A DNA stretch of 64,000 nucleotides, taken from contig OZ242356.1 in assembly GCA_965208785.1 (NCBI GenBank), positions 114,202 through 178,201 on the forward strand. The letters run 5' to 3'. Both the position numbers and the translations under genes were made by a program. The DNA comes from Acidimicrobiales bacterium. Lineage in GTDB: Bacteria; Actinomycetota; Acidimicrobiia; Acidimicrobiales; Bin134. Every line of letters starts with the position of its first letter. The first letter of the stretch is position 1. Below are positions 47,235 through 57,792 of the stretch, piece by piece. The notes under the pieces are model-generated. The model worked only from the letters and a program-made list of their open reading frames with translations, was not told the DNA's origin and did no database searches.

Positions 47235-49469
47235 ATGACTTCTGATGCTCAGACATACGGCGGCGTGGTCGGCAACACGGTGGCTGAATCAACCCCGTGG
47301 TGGCCCGATCCCATAACCCCGCCCCCCGACAGCCCCAACATCGTCATGGTCGTGCTCGACGACGTGGGCTTCGCCGACCTGGGCTGCTTCGGCGCCGAGA
47401 TCGACACCCCCACCATGGACGGGTTGGCCGCCGCCGGTCTGCGCTACAACAACTTCCACACCACCGCCATCTGCTCGCCCACCCGGGCATGCCTGCTCAC
47501 CGGCCGCAACCATCACTCGGTGGGCATGGCGGTGGTGAGCAACTGGGACACCGGCTTCCCCGGCTGCACCGGGCGTATCTCCAGTCGGGCGGCCACGCTG
47601 GCCGAGATGCTCCGCCCTGCGGGCTACTCCACCTTCGCGGTGGGCAAGTGGCACCTGGCCCCCATCGAGGACACCACCCCGGCCGGCCCGTTCGACCAGT
47701 GGCCCCTCCAACGGGGCTTCGACCGGTACTACGGCTTCCTCGATGGCGCCACCAACCAATGGGACCCCGACCTGGTGGCCGACAACCACCACATCGACCG
47801 GCCCGACCGGCCCGGCTACCACGTCACCGAGGATCTGGTGGACCAGGCCATCGCCATGGTCACCGCCCAAACCTCGGCGTGGCCCGAGCGGCCCTTCTTC
47901 TTGTATCTGTGCTTCGGCACCGGCCATTACCCGATCCACGTCCCCAAGCCCTACATAAACCGCTACAACGGCCGCTACGACGCCGGCTGGGGCGCCATCC
48001 GAGAGCAGCGGTACAGCCGCCAGAAGGACATCGGCATCATCCCCGCCGACACCGAACTGCCCCCGTTCAACCCCGGCGTTCCCGAATGGGAGGAGCTGAG
48101 CGCCGACGAGCAGCGGGTGGCCGCCCGGATGCAGCAGGCCTATGCCGGGATGCTCACCCACACCGACGAGCACCTGGGCCGGCTAGTCGCCAGGCTCCAT
48201 GAGATCGGCCAGGCCACCAACACGGTGTTCGTTCTGCTGTCCGACAACGGGGCCACCCAAGAGGGCGGGCCGTCGGGCCACGAGAACAGCATGCGCTTCA
48301 TCAACGGCCTCGAACCCCGCCCCATTCACCAGCAGCTGGCCGACATCGACGAGATCGGCGGGCCCAACTCCTGGATGGCGTATCCGATGGGGTGGGCGAT
48401 GGCCGGCAATACCCCGCTGAAGTGGTACAAGCAGAACACCCATGCCGGCGGGGTGCGCGACCCGCTCATCATCTCCTGGGCCGACGGGATCGCCGACCAA
48501 GGTTCAGTTCGCACCCAGTACCACCACGTGAGCGACATCACCCCCACGCTGCTGGAGGCCATCGGCCTGGAGCCGCCGGCCAAAGTGGCCGGCATCGACC
48601 AGATGCCCATCGAGGGCACCAGCATGGTGTACTCCTTCACCGACGCCGACGCGCCCACCGCCAAGGCCGAGCAGTACTTCGAGATGCTGGGCCATCGGGC
48701 CATGTGGGCCGACGGTTGGAAGGCGGTGACCCGCCACATCCAGAGGGAGAGCTTCGACGACGACCGCTGGGAGCTGTACCACCTGGATCAGGACTTCTCC
48801 GAAGCCCAAGACTTGTCCGAGGCCGAGCCCGACCGGCTGGCCGAACTCATCGACCGGTGGTGGGAGGCGGCCCGCACCTATCAGGTGCTTCCCCTGGACG
48901 ACCGCATCCTGGAGCGGTTCCACGTTCCCAAACCCCGGCCCATAACCAGCCGATCCCGGTTCGTGTACTACCCGGGGACCTACATCCCCAGCGACGGCTG
49001 CCCCGACCTCAAGAACGTGTCCTACGAGATCACCGCGGAGCTGGCCCGGGCCGTCGGCGACGACGGGACCCTGGTGGCCTGCGGCGACGTGTCATCGGGC
49101 TTCTCGCTGTTCATCCAAGACGGGAGGCTGGTGTGGGACTACAACATGGCCTGGGACCACTACGTGGCCGAGACTGAGACCGCGTTGCCCACCGGGCCGG
49201 TCACCGTCACCGCCGCATTCGAGCGCACCGGCAGCTACTCCGGCACTGGACGACTATTGGTAAACGGCGAAGAAGCCGCCTCGGTGGCCATGCCCGTCAC
49301 CCACAACACCCACATTCACGCGGTGGGAATCAGCGTGGGCTTCACCAGAGCACCGTCCCCCAGCCCCCGCACCAGCGGCCAATTCCCCTTCACCGGCACC
49401 CTCAGCCGAGTGGTGATCGACATCGCCGACGACCGAGAGTTGCCCGATCAGCTGATGGTGATCGACTAA
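47235..49469 (+). CDS. arylsulfatase (Cys-type, formylglycine-dependent)
   Basis: CSPTRACLLTGRNHH sulfatase signature. 744 aa. Confidence 0.9.
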   Translation: MTSDAQTYGGVVGNTVAESTPWWPDPITPPPDSPNIVMVVLDDVGFADLGCFGAEIDTPTMDGLAAAGLRYNNFHTTAICSPTRACLLTGRNHHSVGMAVVSNWDTGFPGCTGRISSRAATLAEMLRPAGYSTFAVGKWHLAPIEDTTPAGPFDQWPLQRGFDRYYGFLDGATNQWDPDLVADNHHIDRPDRPGYHVTEDLVDQAIAMVTAQTSAWPERPFFLYLCFGTGHYPIHVPKPYINRYNGRYDAGWGAIREQRYSRQKDIGIIPADTELPPFNPGVPEWEELSADEQRVAARMQQAYAGMLTHTDEHLGRLVARLHEIGQATNTVFVLLSDNGATQEGGPSGHENSMRFINGLEPRPIHQQLADIDEIGGPNSWMAYPMGWAMAGNTPLKWYKQNTHAGGVRDPLIISWADGIADQGSVRTQYHHVSDITPTLLEAIGLEPPAKVAGIDQMPIEGTSMVYSFTDADAPTAKAEQYFEMLGHRAMWADGWKAVTRHIQRESFDDDRWELYHLDQDFSEAQDLSEAEPDRLAELIDRWWEAARTYQVLPLDDRILERFHVPKPRPITSRSRFVYYPGTYIPSDGCPDLKNVSYEITAELARAVGDDGTLVACGDVSSGFSLFIQDGRLVWDYNMAWDHYVAETETALPTGPVTVTAAFERTGSYSGTGRLLVNGEEAASVAMPVTHNTHIHAVGISVGFTRAPSPSPRTSGQFPFTGTLSRVVIDIADDRELPDQLMVID

Positions 49470-49637
49470 GTCCACCTATTCTCAGTTGTTTACATGAATT
49501 GACATACTTGCCGGATAACGTAAAGAGTGGCCCAGCCCCGAACCGCCAAAATCGGACTCGGCCACCCGGGGCGGGGCCACCTCGCCAATCAGCATAACAA
49601 CCTCTGCTGCCGGTTGGCAGCGCGATAATTTGGCCTC

Positions 49638-51038
49638 GTGACCGCAGAAGACCAGAAGTGGAGCTTCGTGGTGGCGGCCAATCGGCTCCCGGTGAGGCGG
49701 GTGCGGGAGGGCGATGCGGCCAAGTGGGTTCCCAGCCCCGGCGGGCTGGTATCGGCCATGCGCCCGGTGATGTCGGGCAATCCCAATGCGGTGTGGGCGG
49801 GCTGGCCCGGCGTTCCCGGCCTAGGGGCAGAGCCCTTCGACGTCGACGGCTTCCAGTGCCATCCGGTCAGCGTCAGCCAGGGAGAGCTCCAACTTTTCTA
49901 CGAGGGGTTCTCCAACGCCACCCTGTGGCCACTGTTCCACGATGCCCTGGTGCCCCCCGAGTACCACCGCACCTGGTGGGACGCCTATCGAACGGTCAAC
50001 CAGCGCTATGCCGACACCGTGGCCGACCTCGCCGCCCCCGGCGCCGCCGTGTGGATTCACGACTACCACCTGTTGCTGGTTCCCGGCCTGCTTCGGAAGG
50101 TCCGGCCCGATCTGAGAATCGGGTTCTTCCTCCACATCCCATTCCCGGCCCGCGAGCTGTACATCCGGCTGCCGTGGCGGACCGAGATCATCGACGGCCT
50201 GCTAGGCGCCGATTTGATCGGCCTGCAAACCCCGCTGGGCGCCGACAACTTCTGTAGGGCGGTGACCCGCATCACCGGGATCAAGACCACCGGCAAGACC
50301 ATCCACCACAACGGACGAACCACCCAGGTGGGCGCCTTCCCCATCGGCATCGACACCGAGCGGATCGCCGGTTTGGTCGCCGATCCTGCGGTACAGGCAA
50401 GGGCGGTCGAAATCCGACAATCCCTGGGCTCGCCCGCAACTGTGCTCCTGGGAGTGGACCGCCTCGACTACACTAAGGGCATCGAGGTTCGGCTGCGAGC
50501 CTTCCGGGAGCTGTTGGCCGAGAGGCGGCTATCGGTGGACGACTGCGTTTTGGTGCAGATCGCCGAACCCAGCCGCTCCCAGGTCACCGGCTATGCCGAG
50601 GTTCGCCGGGAGGTGGAGCAGCTAGTGGGCGATGTGAACGGGAATTTCGGGGTGATGGGCCGCCCAGTGGTCCACTACCTCCACCAGAGCCACCCCATCG
50701 AGGAGCTGGTGGCCATGTACCTCATTGCCGATGTGATGCTGGTGACCCCGCTGCGCGACGGCATGAACCTGGTGGCCAAGGAATACGTGGCCTGCCGCCC
50801 CGACAACACCGGGGTGCTGGTGCTGTCGGAGTTCACCGGGGCGGCCCAAGAGCTGCGGGCCGCAGAGTTGATCAACCCCCACGACATCGAGGGGCTGAAG
50901 TCCGCCATGGAGGCCGCGGCCCACCGCCCCTCCGCTGAAGCCGGCGCGGCCATGCGGACCATGAGGCGCCTCGTTCGGTCCAACACCGCCCAGCGGTGGG
51001 CCGAGCGCTTCTTGGCCCGTCTCGAGGCCAGCCCATGA
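49638..51038 (+). CDS. otsA: trehalose-6-phosphate synthase (GT20)
   Basis: Contains FVVAANRLPV and IHDYHLLLVP. TAATTT lies 6 nt before GTG 49638. Confidence 0.9.
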   Translation: MTAEDQKWSFVVAANRLPVRRVREGDAAKWVPSPGGLVSAMRPVMSGNPNAVWAGWPGVPGLGAEPFDVDGFQCHPVSVSQGELQLFYEGFSNATLWPLFHDALVPPEYHRTWWDAYRTVNQRYADTVADLAAPGAAVWIHDYHLLLVPGLLRKVRPDLRIGFFLHIPFPARELYIRLPWRTEIIDGLLGADLIGLQTPLGADNFCRAVTRITGIKTTGKTIHHNGRTTQVGAFPIGIDTERIAGLVADPAVQARAVEIRQSLGSPATVLLGVDRLDYTKGIEVRLRAFRELLAERRLSVDDCVLVQIAEPSRSQVTGYAEVRREVEQLVGDVNGNFGVMGRPVVHYLHQSHPIEELVAMYLIADVMLVTPLRDGMNLVAKEYVACRPDNTGVLVLSEFTGAAQELRAAELINPHDIEGLKSAMEAAAHRPSAEAGAAMRTMRRLVRSNTAQRWAERFLARLEASP

Positions 51039-51084
51039 CCGGAACCAACCCGTGACCGAGGCCAGCCCATGACCGAGGCCAGCC
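51024..51084 (+). repeat. direct/tandem repeats across the otsA stop and the next gene's start
   Basis: GAGGCCAGCCCATGACCG at 51024-41 and 51058-75. GAGGCCAGCC recurs at 51075-84. Confidence 0.95.
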
Positions 51085-53642
51085 GGACTGGGCCGATGAT
51101 GTCGGCCGATGAGGTGGACGCCCGGCTGCGGGAACTGGCCCGAGTGCCGGTGCTGCTGGTGGCCTGCGACTACGACGGCACGCTGGCCCCCATCATCGAC
51201 AATCCCGATGAGGCCCGGCCCCTCCGGGAGTCGGTGGCCGGGCTGCGCCAGCTTGCCGCCATGCCCGACACCCATGTGGCGGTGATCTCGGGGCGGGCGC
51301 TGCGGGATCTGGCCGCGCTGAGCCGCCTGCCCGAGGAGATCCACCTGGTGGGAAGCCACGGCACCGAGTTCGATGTCGGCTTCGCCGACGACCTCTCTGC
51401 CGAGCAGCGGGATATGCGCGACCGGATAATGGGGGAGCTGAACGACGTCGCCCGGCGCGACCACGGATTCATCATCGAGCCCAAACCGGCCGGCGTGGCC
51501 TTCCACTATCGCAAGGCCGACCCCGAGATCGCCGGAGCCGCGGTGACCGATGTGCTGAAGGGCCCCGGCAAGTGGAAGGGCGTCCACATCAAGGTCGGAA
51601 AGATGGTGGTGGAGCTGTCGGTGCTGAACCTCAACAAGGGCGACGCTTTGGACCGGCTGAGGACCGACGTGTCAGCCGAAGCGGTGTTCTTCGCCGGCGA
51701 CGACGCCACCGACGAAGACGCATTCGCCCGATTGGCCGGGCCTGATCTGGGTTTGAAGATCGGCCACGGACATACCCTGGCCCGAGCCCGGGTGGACGAC
51801 CCCCAGTCGGTGGCCCAGATGCTCGCCCTTCTGGGCGAGCGGCGCCGGGCATGGCTCATGGGCGAGCACGCCCTGCCCATCGAGCGCCACAGCCTTCTCA
51901 GCGACCAGCGGACGGTGGCGCTGGTCACCGCCGATGGCTCGGTGAATTGGATGTGCCACCCAAGAGCTGACTCCCCGGCGGTGTTCGCCGGTCTGCTGGG
52001 CGGCGCCAGAGCGGGCCACTTCTCGATCAGCCGCCACGACGACAGCCCGCCCATCTCCCACCGCTATCTGGACGGCACCATGATCACCGAGACCCGGTGG
52101 TCGGATGTGACGGTGACCGACTACCTGGACTGCTCCGACCAGCGACCCACCGAACCGGCCGGGCGCACCAACTTGATCCGGACCATCGACGGAACCGGAC
52201 GGATCCGCATCGAGTTCGCCCCCCGGCTGGATTTCGGCCGAGCTCCCACCGGACTGCACTTGATCGACGGCGGCTTGGAAGTGTGGGGCGCGGCCGAGAC
52301 CATACTCCTGCTATCGCCGGGAGTGAACTGGGAAATCGTCGACCATGGCCCCCACCAGACGGCAGTCGCCGACGTGCAGCTCGACGGAACCCCTCTGGAA
52401 CTGATGTTGCGCCTCGGCGTCCGCGGCCGCCCCCACCGCACCGACTTGACCGAAACCGACCGTCGACAGATCACCGAGCACCACTGGCGAGACTGGGCAC
52501 AAAAGCTGACGCTGCCGTCGGTGGCCTCCGAGGAAGTGGAGCGGTCGGCGCTGGCGCTCAAAGCGCTGTGCCACCAGCCCTCGGGAGCGATCCTGGCCGC
52601 AGCCACCACCAGCCTGCCCGAGGTGATGGGCGGGGTCCGCAATTGGGACTACCGCTACTGCTGGCCCCGAGACGCCGCCATGAGCGCAGCCGCCCTGCTG
52701 GCCTTGGGAAGCAGTCAGGAAGCTGGGGATCTTCTCGACTGGATCCTCGAACGAGTCGAGCACCTCCCCAGCCCCGAGCAGCTTCGGCCGGTGTATCCGC
52801 TGGTGGGCGACGAGGCCCTGCCCGAGGCGGTGCTGCCCGAGCTGGCCGGCTATGCGGGGAGCCGCCCGGTGCGGATAGGCAACGCCGCCGAGCACCAGGT
52901 GCAGCTCGACGTGTTCGGCCCGGTGGTCGATCTGGCCTGGCGGCTGTGCGAAGCCGAGGTGACCCTGACCGACCGGCACTGGGAGGTAGTCAAAGCAGTG
53001 GTGGGAGCGGTGGCCACCCGCTGGGGCGAGCCCGACCACGGTATCTGGGAGGAGCGCCGCCCGCCCCGCCACCATGTCCACTCCAAGGCCATGTGCTGGA
53101 TGGCGGTGGACCGGGCCATCAAGATCGCCGAGCGCATCGACCCCGAGATGGCCTCGTATTGGCGCCCGCTTCGCCACCAGATCGCCGCCGATGTGATCTT
53201 GAACGGGTGGAATGAGCAGCGCCGCTCCTACACGACCGCCTACGGTTCGACCGACATGGACGCCAGCCTGCTGTGGATAGGTCTGAGCGGGCTGCTGCCC
53301 CCCAGCGACTCCCGCTTCGTGTCCACCCTCAAAGCGGTGGAAAGCGAACTGCGCGACGGCCAGACGGTGTACCGCTACCGCCACGACGACGGGCTGCCCG
53401 GCACCGAGGGCGGCTTTTTGATCTGCACGTCGTGGCTGATCGAGGCCTACGTTCTGATCGGCCAGCTCGACGACGCCCGGGCCCTGTTCGACCGCTACCT
53501 CGACCTTTGCGGCCCCACCGGCCTGCTCCCCGAACAGTACGACCCGGCCAGCGAGCGCCTCTTGGGAAACCACCCCCAGGCCTACTCCCACCTCGGCCTC
53601 ATCAATGCCGCCTTGGCCCTCTCCGGCGCCAACGGCGGCTAA
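51069..53642 (+). CDS. fusion protein: trehalose-phosphatase (HAD) + glycoside hydrolase family 15 domain
   Basis: N-terminal LLVACDYDGTLAPI motif (OtsB-like). C-terminal ~600 aa carry the GH15 hallmark WDYRYCWPRDAA. Confidence 0.85.
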   Translation: MTEASRTGPMMSADEVDARLRELARVPVLLVACDYDGTLAPIIDNPDEARPLRESVAGLRQLAAMPDTHVAVISGRALRDLAALSRLPEEIHLVGSHGTEFDVGFADDLSAEQRDMRDRIMGELNDVARRDHGFIIEPKPAGVAFHYRKADPEIAGAAVTDVLKGPGKWKGVHIKVGKMVVELSVLNLNKGDALDRLRTDVSAEAVFFAGDDATDEDAFARLAGPDLGLKIGHGHTLARARVDDPQSVAQMLALLGERRRAWLMGEHALPIERHSLLSDQRTVALVTADGSVNWMCHPRADSPAVFAGLLGGARAGHFSISRHDDSPPISHRYLDGTMITETRWSDVTVTDYLDCSDQRPTEPAGRTNLIRTIDGTGRIRIEFAPRLDFGRAPTGLHLIDGGLEVWGAAETILLLSPGVNWEIVDHGPHQTAVADVQLDGTPLELMLRLGVRGRPHRTDLTETDRRQITEHHWRDWAQKLTLPSVASEEVERSALALKALCHQPSGAILAAATTSLPEVMGGVRNWDYRYCWPRDAAMSAAALLALGSSQEAGDLLDWILERVEHLPSPEQLRPVYPLVGDEALPEAVLPELAGYAGSRPVRIGNAAEHQVQLDVFGPVVDLAWRLCEAEVTLTDRHWEVVKAVVGAVATRWGEPDHGIWEERRPPRHHVHSKAMCWMAVDRAIKIAERIDPEMASYWRPLRHQIAADVILNGWNEQRRSYTTAYGSTDMDASLLWIGLSGLLPPSDSRFVSTLKAVESELRDGQTVYRYRHDDGLPGTEGGFLICTSWLIEAYVLIGQLDDARALFDRYLDLCGPTGLLPEQYDPASERLLGNHPQAYSHLGLINAALALSGANGG

Positions 53643-53783
53643 GACCCGGAGATCAGCTCCCAGATCCGCTCGACAGTCCAGGAAGCTCGCGTTGCGGAGA
53701 TGGCCGTCGGCCGCCAGCGCGCCACTCAAGTCCACCGAGTTGATGCGGGCGCCGGAAAAGGAGAAAGGGAGGTTGCGGGGGAG

Positions 53784-54050
53784 CTAGTTGGAAGCGGCGG
53801 TGCGGAAGTCGGCCAACGTCTCCATCCACCACCGGTTGGTCACCGTGGTGCTCCCGGGCAACGTGGCCAGGCAGTCGTCGACTTGGGCGACCACATCGGG
53901 GAGTTCGGCGGCGGCGAGACGCAGGTCCAACAATCCGTCTACCACCCGGGAGCGGCTGGTGAGCTCCCCATCGATGGCGTCCAGCAGCCGATCCACCAAT
54001 TCGGTGATCTCGATGAGGGCCGCTGGATTGCGGACGGTTTCCAATGTCAC
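53784..54050 (-). CDS. small hypothetical protein
   Basis: 88-aa protein-like ORF. No family recognised. Confidence 0.45.
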   Translation of the reverse strand: MTLETVRNPAALIEITELVDRLLDAIDGELTSRSRVVDGLLDLRLAAAELPDVVAQVDDCLATLPGSTTVTNRWWMETLADFRTAASN

Positions 54051-54195
54051 TGCTCTCTCCTTCGCTCCCGGTTGAGGTTACAACCGCCAAACACCCGGAT
54101 GTGTTCCCTGCGGCCTCATGATATCGGCCCCGGTGACAATCCGTGAACAAGGTTCCCCTACCTGCGCCTTCCCGATAGCGTGGCACGATGTGAAG

Positions 54196-55896
54196 ATGGA
54201 TATGCGACCGATACCCTGGAAGCACGGGCTCGTCATCCTGCTGACATCCACACTGCTGGCCACCGCCTGCGGCAACGACGACTCGTCGACCCCGGCCTCC
54301 CAGCAGCCCGCAGCCCAAGAGCCCACGGCAGCACCGGAAGCAACAGACGCCCCCGCCCCGGCCCCCGACGGCGAGCCCACCAGCGTGGTCATCGGGCTGG
54401 AGCAAGAGCTCACCAACTTCAACAATCTGACCGCAGGCGACAGCCTCCTGGCCGGCCGCCAAGTGATCCGAGCGGTGTGGCCCGCCTGCGTGCGCACCCG
54501 GCCCGACTTCTCCTTCGAGCCGTACTTCTGCGAAACCCTTCCCACCATCATCACCGATGACCCCCTGGTGGTGGAGTACCGCCTGCGGGCCGACGCCAAC
54601 TGGAGCGACGGCACTCCGGTGAGCTCCGACGACATGGTGTTCTACTTCGAGAACTGCAACGACCCCGAAGACGACTGCGCCGGCACATCGGGCTTTGACA
54701 GCGCCGAGTTGGAAGTGGTGGACGACAAAGCAGTCCGACTGAGCTGGCCGGCGGGTCAGCCCTTCGTGGAGTACATCCTGCTGTTCTCCGGGCCCTTCCC
54801 ACCCGCCCACTTGGGCCGCGACTGGAGCGAAGGCTTCCGTACCGACGCCGGGCTGGGCGCTGGTCCCTACGTGGTGGACGAATACAACCCGGGCAGCGAT
54901 CTGACCCTGGTGGCCAACCCCACCTGGTTCGGCGAGGGGCCCCACATCGACGAGGTCACCTTCCGGTTCATCAGCGATGTGGGCAACCTGCCCCTCGCGC
55001 TGGAGAACGGCGAGGTCGACGTGATCTACCCCCAGCCCCAAGTCGACCTCGTGGCCCAGATCGACGGAATCGGCGGGGTGGATTCCTCCATCACCTTCGG
55101 CCCCACCTGGGAGCACATCACGTTCAACACCGCCACCGTCCCCGAGGAGGTGCGCCGGGCCATCGCATCGGCGCTTGACCGAGAGCTGATCGTGACCGCT
55201 CTCATGCGGCCCTTCTCGGAGTCGGCCCAGCCGCTGGGCAACCGGATTTTCGTAAACGGCCAAGCCCAGTACGTGGACAACACCCCGGCCGAGTTCCAAC
55301 AAAGAGACGTGGCCGCGGCCCGTGCCGTGCTGGAGGCCGCCGGCTGGGTGCTTGACGGCGACGTGTACGCCAAAGACGGCCGGCAGCTGAGCCTTCGCAT
55401 CCGCACCACCGGCGGCAATGATCGCCGGGAGCAGTTCCAGGAGCTGGTGCAGAATCAGCTTGCTGAAGCCGGGATCAGAATCACCATCGACAACCTGCCC
55501 GGCGGTGAGATCTTCGGCCCGGTGTTCGGCTCGACCAACGACCCGCCCGGCCCGCCCGGAGACTTCGACTTGGTGATCTTCGCCTGGGTGGGCGGACCCC
55601 TGCCGGCCACATCGGCCCTCCAGGTGTTCGGGACGGGCAGCGACAGCAATCCCGGCGCCTACGCCGACGACCGGGTCAACGACCTGCTGACCGAGGCCAC
55701 CTTCACCCTCGACCTCGACCGCCAGGCCGAGCTGCTGAACCAGGCCGACGCCCTCATGTGGGAGACCCTGCCCAACACACCGGTGTACCAACTCCCCTTC
55801 TTCTTGGCCTGGAACGACAAAATCCAGAACATCCAAGACAACCCCACCTCGGAGAGCTTCACCTGGAACCTCGAAAAATGGGAACTGGCTGACTAG
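54196..55896 (+). CDS. ABC transporter substrate-binding lipoprotein, family 5 (peptide/nickel)
   Basis: Begins MDMRPIPWKHGLVILLTSTLLATACG (lipobox), then a Pro/Ala linker and an SBP-5 body. Start is approximately 54190-54202. Confidence 0.9.
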   Translation: MDMRPIPWKHGLVILLTSTLLATACGNDDSSTPASQQPAAQEPTAAPEATDAPAPAPDGEPTSVVIGLEQELTNFNNLTAGDSLLAGRQVIRAVWPACVRTRPDFSFEPYFCETLPTIITDDPLVVEYRLRADANWSDGTPVSSDDMVFYFENCNDPEDDCAGTSGFDSAELEVVDDKAVRLSWPAGQPFVEYILLFSGPFPPAHLGRDWSEGFRTDAGLGAGPYVVDEYNPGSDLTLVANPTWFGEGPHIDEVTFRFISDVGNLPLALENGEVDVIYPQPQVDLVAQIDGIGGVDSSITFGPTWEHITFNTATVPEEVRRAIASALDRELIVTALMRPFSESAQPLGNRIFVNGQAQYVDNTPAEFQQRDVAAARAVLEAAGWVLDGDVYAKDGRQLSLRIRTTGGNDRREQFQELVQNQLAEAGIRITIDNLPGGEIFGPVFGSTNDPPGPPGDFDLVIFAWVGGPLPATSALQVFGTGSDSNPGAYADDRVNDLLTEATFTLDLDRQAELLNQADALMWETLPNTPVYQLPFFLAWNDKIQNIQDNPTSESFTWNLEKWELAD

Positions 55897-55907
55897 TTTT
55901 TCCATAA

Positions 55908-56891
55908 GTGCTCGGATACGCGACACGCAAGCTGCTGATCTCGGTCGTCGTTCTATTCTTCGCCACTTTGGTGGCCTTTTTGCTGGTGGCCACGGTCGAT
56001 CCCATCGCCGAACAACGAGTCTTCTTGCTCTCCCAACCGGGCGGCACCGAGCAAGTTGAACGGCTGGAAGCCAGCCTGGGCCTCGACAAGCCGCTCGTCG
56101 AGCGCTACGGCCTCTGGCTCGGCGATCTGGCCACCGGCGACATGGGCACCTCCACCGACAACGGCCGACCGGTAACCACGCTTTTGGGCGAAGCCATTCC
56201 GGTCACCCTTCGGCTGGTGATAGCCGCCACCGTCGTCTCGGTGATCATCGGCGTGGCCGTGGGGGTGGTGAGCGCGGTCCGCCAGTACGGCGCGTTCGAC
56301 AACATCTCCACGTTCTTGGCCTTCTTGTTCTTCGCCATGCCGGTGTTCTGGCTGGGAGCGGTGCTCAAAGACCTGGGAATCCGGTTCAACGACTGGTGGG
56401 GTCGGCGGATCTTCTTCACCATCGGAGAGCAGTCGCCCCGCCTCGATGCCGACTTCTGGGGGACCTGGGCCGACCGGGCCGGCCACATCATCCTCCCCGC
56501 GCTCACCCTTATAGCCATCCAGTTGGCCGCCACCAGCCGGTTCCAGCGCTCGGCCATGCTGGATGTGCTGGAGAGCGACTACATCCGCACCGCACGGGCC
56601 AAAGGGGTCCCTCGGCGGCGGGTCATCACCCACCATGCCCTCCGCAACGCCCTGCTCCCGGTGGTGAGCTACACCGGGCTCACCTTCGGCACCCTGATCG
56701 GCGGCACGGTGGTCACCGAGGTGGTGTTCAACTGGAAGGGCATGGGCCGCCTGTTCCTGGATTCGCTGCTGAACGGCGATGTGTCTGTGACCCAGGGCTG
56801 GCTGCTGGCGGTGGGAATCTCGGTGATCATCGTCAATCTGCTGACCGATCTCACCTACGGCTTCTTGGATCCGAGGGTGCGAGATGGCTGA
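55908..56891 (+). CDS. ABC transporter permease (DppB-like)
   Basis: 327-aa TM protein typical of the family. Confidence 0.9.
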   Translation: MLGYATRKLLISVVVLFFATLVAFLLVATVDPIAEQRVFLLSQPGGTEQVERLEASLGLDKPLVERYGLWLGDLATGDMGTSTDNGRPVTTLLGEAIPVTLRLVIAATVVSVIIGVAVGVVSAVRQYGAFDNISTFLAFLFFAMPVFWLGAVLKDLGIRFNDWWGRRIFFTIGEQSPRLDADFWGTWADRAGHIILPALTLIAIQLAATSRFQRSAMLDVLESDYIRTARAKGVPRRRVITHHALRNALLPVVSYTGLTFGTLIGGTVVTEVVFNWKGMGRLFLDSLLNGDVSVTQGWLLAVGISVIIVNLLTDLTYGFLDPRVRDG

Positions 56892-57792
56892 CGCAACGGT
56901 CGAAATCCTCTCCGACCCCCGAGCCGAGCCAGAGGCCCGCTCGCAATGGCGGCTGGTGCTGCGCCGCTTCCTCGCCCACCGGATGGCGGTGACCGCGGCC
57001 GTCGTGCTGGTGGTGGCCTATCTGTTGAGCTATCTGGCCGAGCCCATCACCGGCTGGGGATACAAAGACTTGTCCCCCGATCTGTCGCAGAGGCCGTCGG
57101 CCGACCACTGGTTCGGCACCGACACCATCGGCCACGACATGTTCGCCCAGTCGATGCGGGGTTTGCGGGTGTCGGTCCACGTCAGCCTGGTGGTGGCCGG
57201 AATCGCCACCGTGCTGGGGTCGGTTCTGGGCGCGGTTCAGGGGTGGTTCCGGGGCCGGGTGGACGGCGCTTTGGGACTGTTGGTGGACTTTCTGCTCATC
57301 CTTCCCCTGCTGCCGGTGCTCATGGTGCTGGGCACCCGCACCCGGGCCAGCGGGGGCAGCTCCCTCATGTTCGTGGCCGTGGTGATCGGCCTGTTCCTGT
57401 GGGCACCTTTGGCCCGGGTGGTGCGGGGCGAGGTGTTCTCCATTCGGGAGAAGGAGTACATCGAGGCGGCCGAGGCCCTGGGAGCGTCGAACACCCGCAT
57501 CATCTTCCGCCACCTCATCCCCAACGCCATGAGCTCGATCATCGTGTACGCCACCCTCACGGTGGCCACCGCCATCCTGCTGGAGACCGCGCTGGCCTTT
57601 CTGGGCTTCGGCATCCAGCCCCCCGAGGTGTCGCTGGGATCGCTGGTGGACGAGGGCCGCGACGCCGCCCGCACCCGGTGGTGGCTGTTCTATCTGCCGG
57701 GGGCGGTGCTGGTGATGCTGGTGCTGTGCGTGAACTTCGTGGGCGACGGCCTGCGCGACGCCCTCGATCCCCGCCGGGAGCAGCGGCGATGA
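56884..57792 (+). CDS. ABC transporter permease (DppC-like)
   Basis: 302-aa TM protein. Overlaps its neighbours. Confidence 0.9.
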   Translation: MADATVEILSDPRAEPEARSQWRLVLRRFLAHRMAVTAAVVLVVAYLLSYLAEPITGWGYKDLSPDLSQRPSADHWFGTDTIGHDMFAQSMRGLRVSVHVSLVVAGIATVLGSVLGAVQGWFRGRVDGALGLLVDFLLILPLLPVLMVLGTRTRASGGSSLMFVAVVIGLFLWAPLARVVRGEVFSIREKEYIEAAEALGASNTRIIFRHLIPNAMSSIIVYATLTVATAILLETALAFLGFGIQPPEVSLGSLVDEGRDAARTRWWLFYLPGAVLVMLVLCVNFVGDGLRDALDPRREQRR

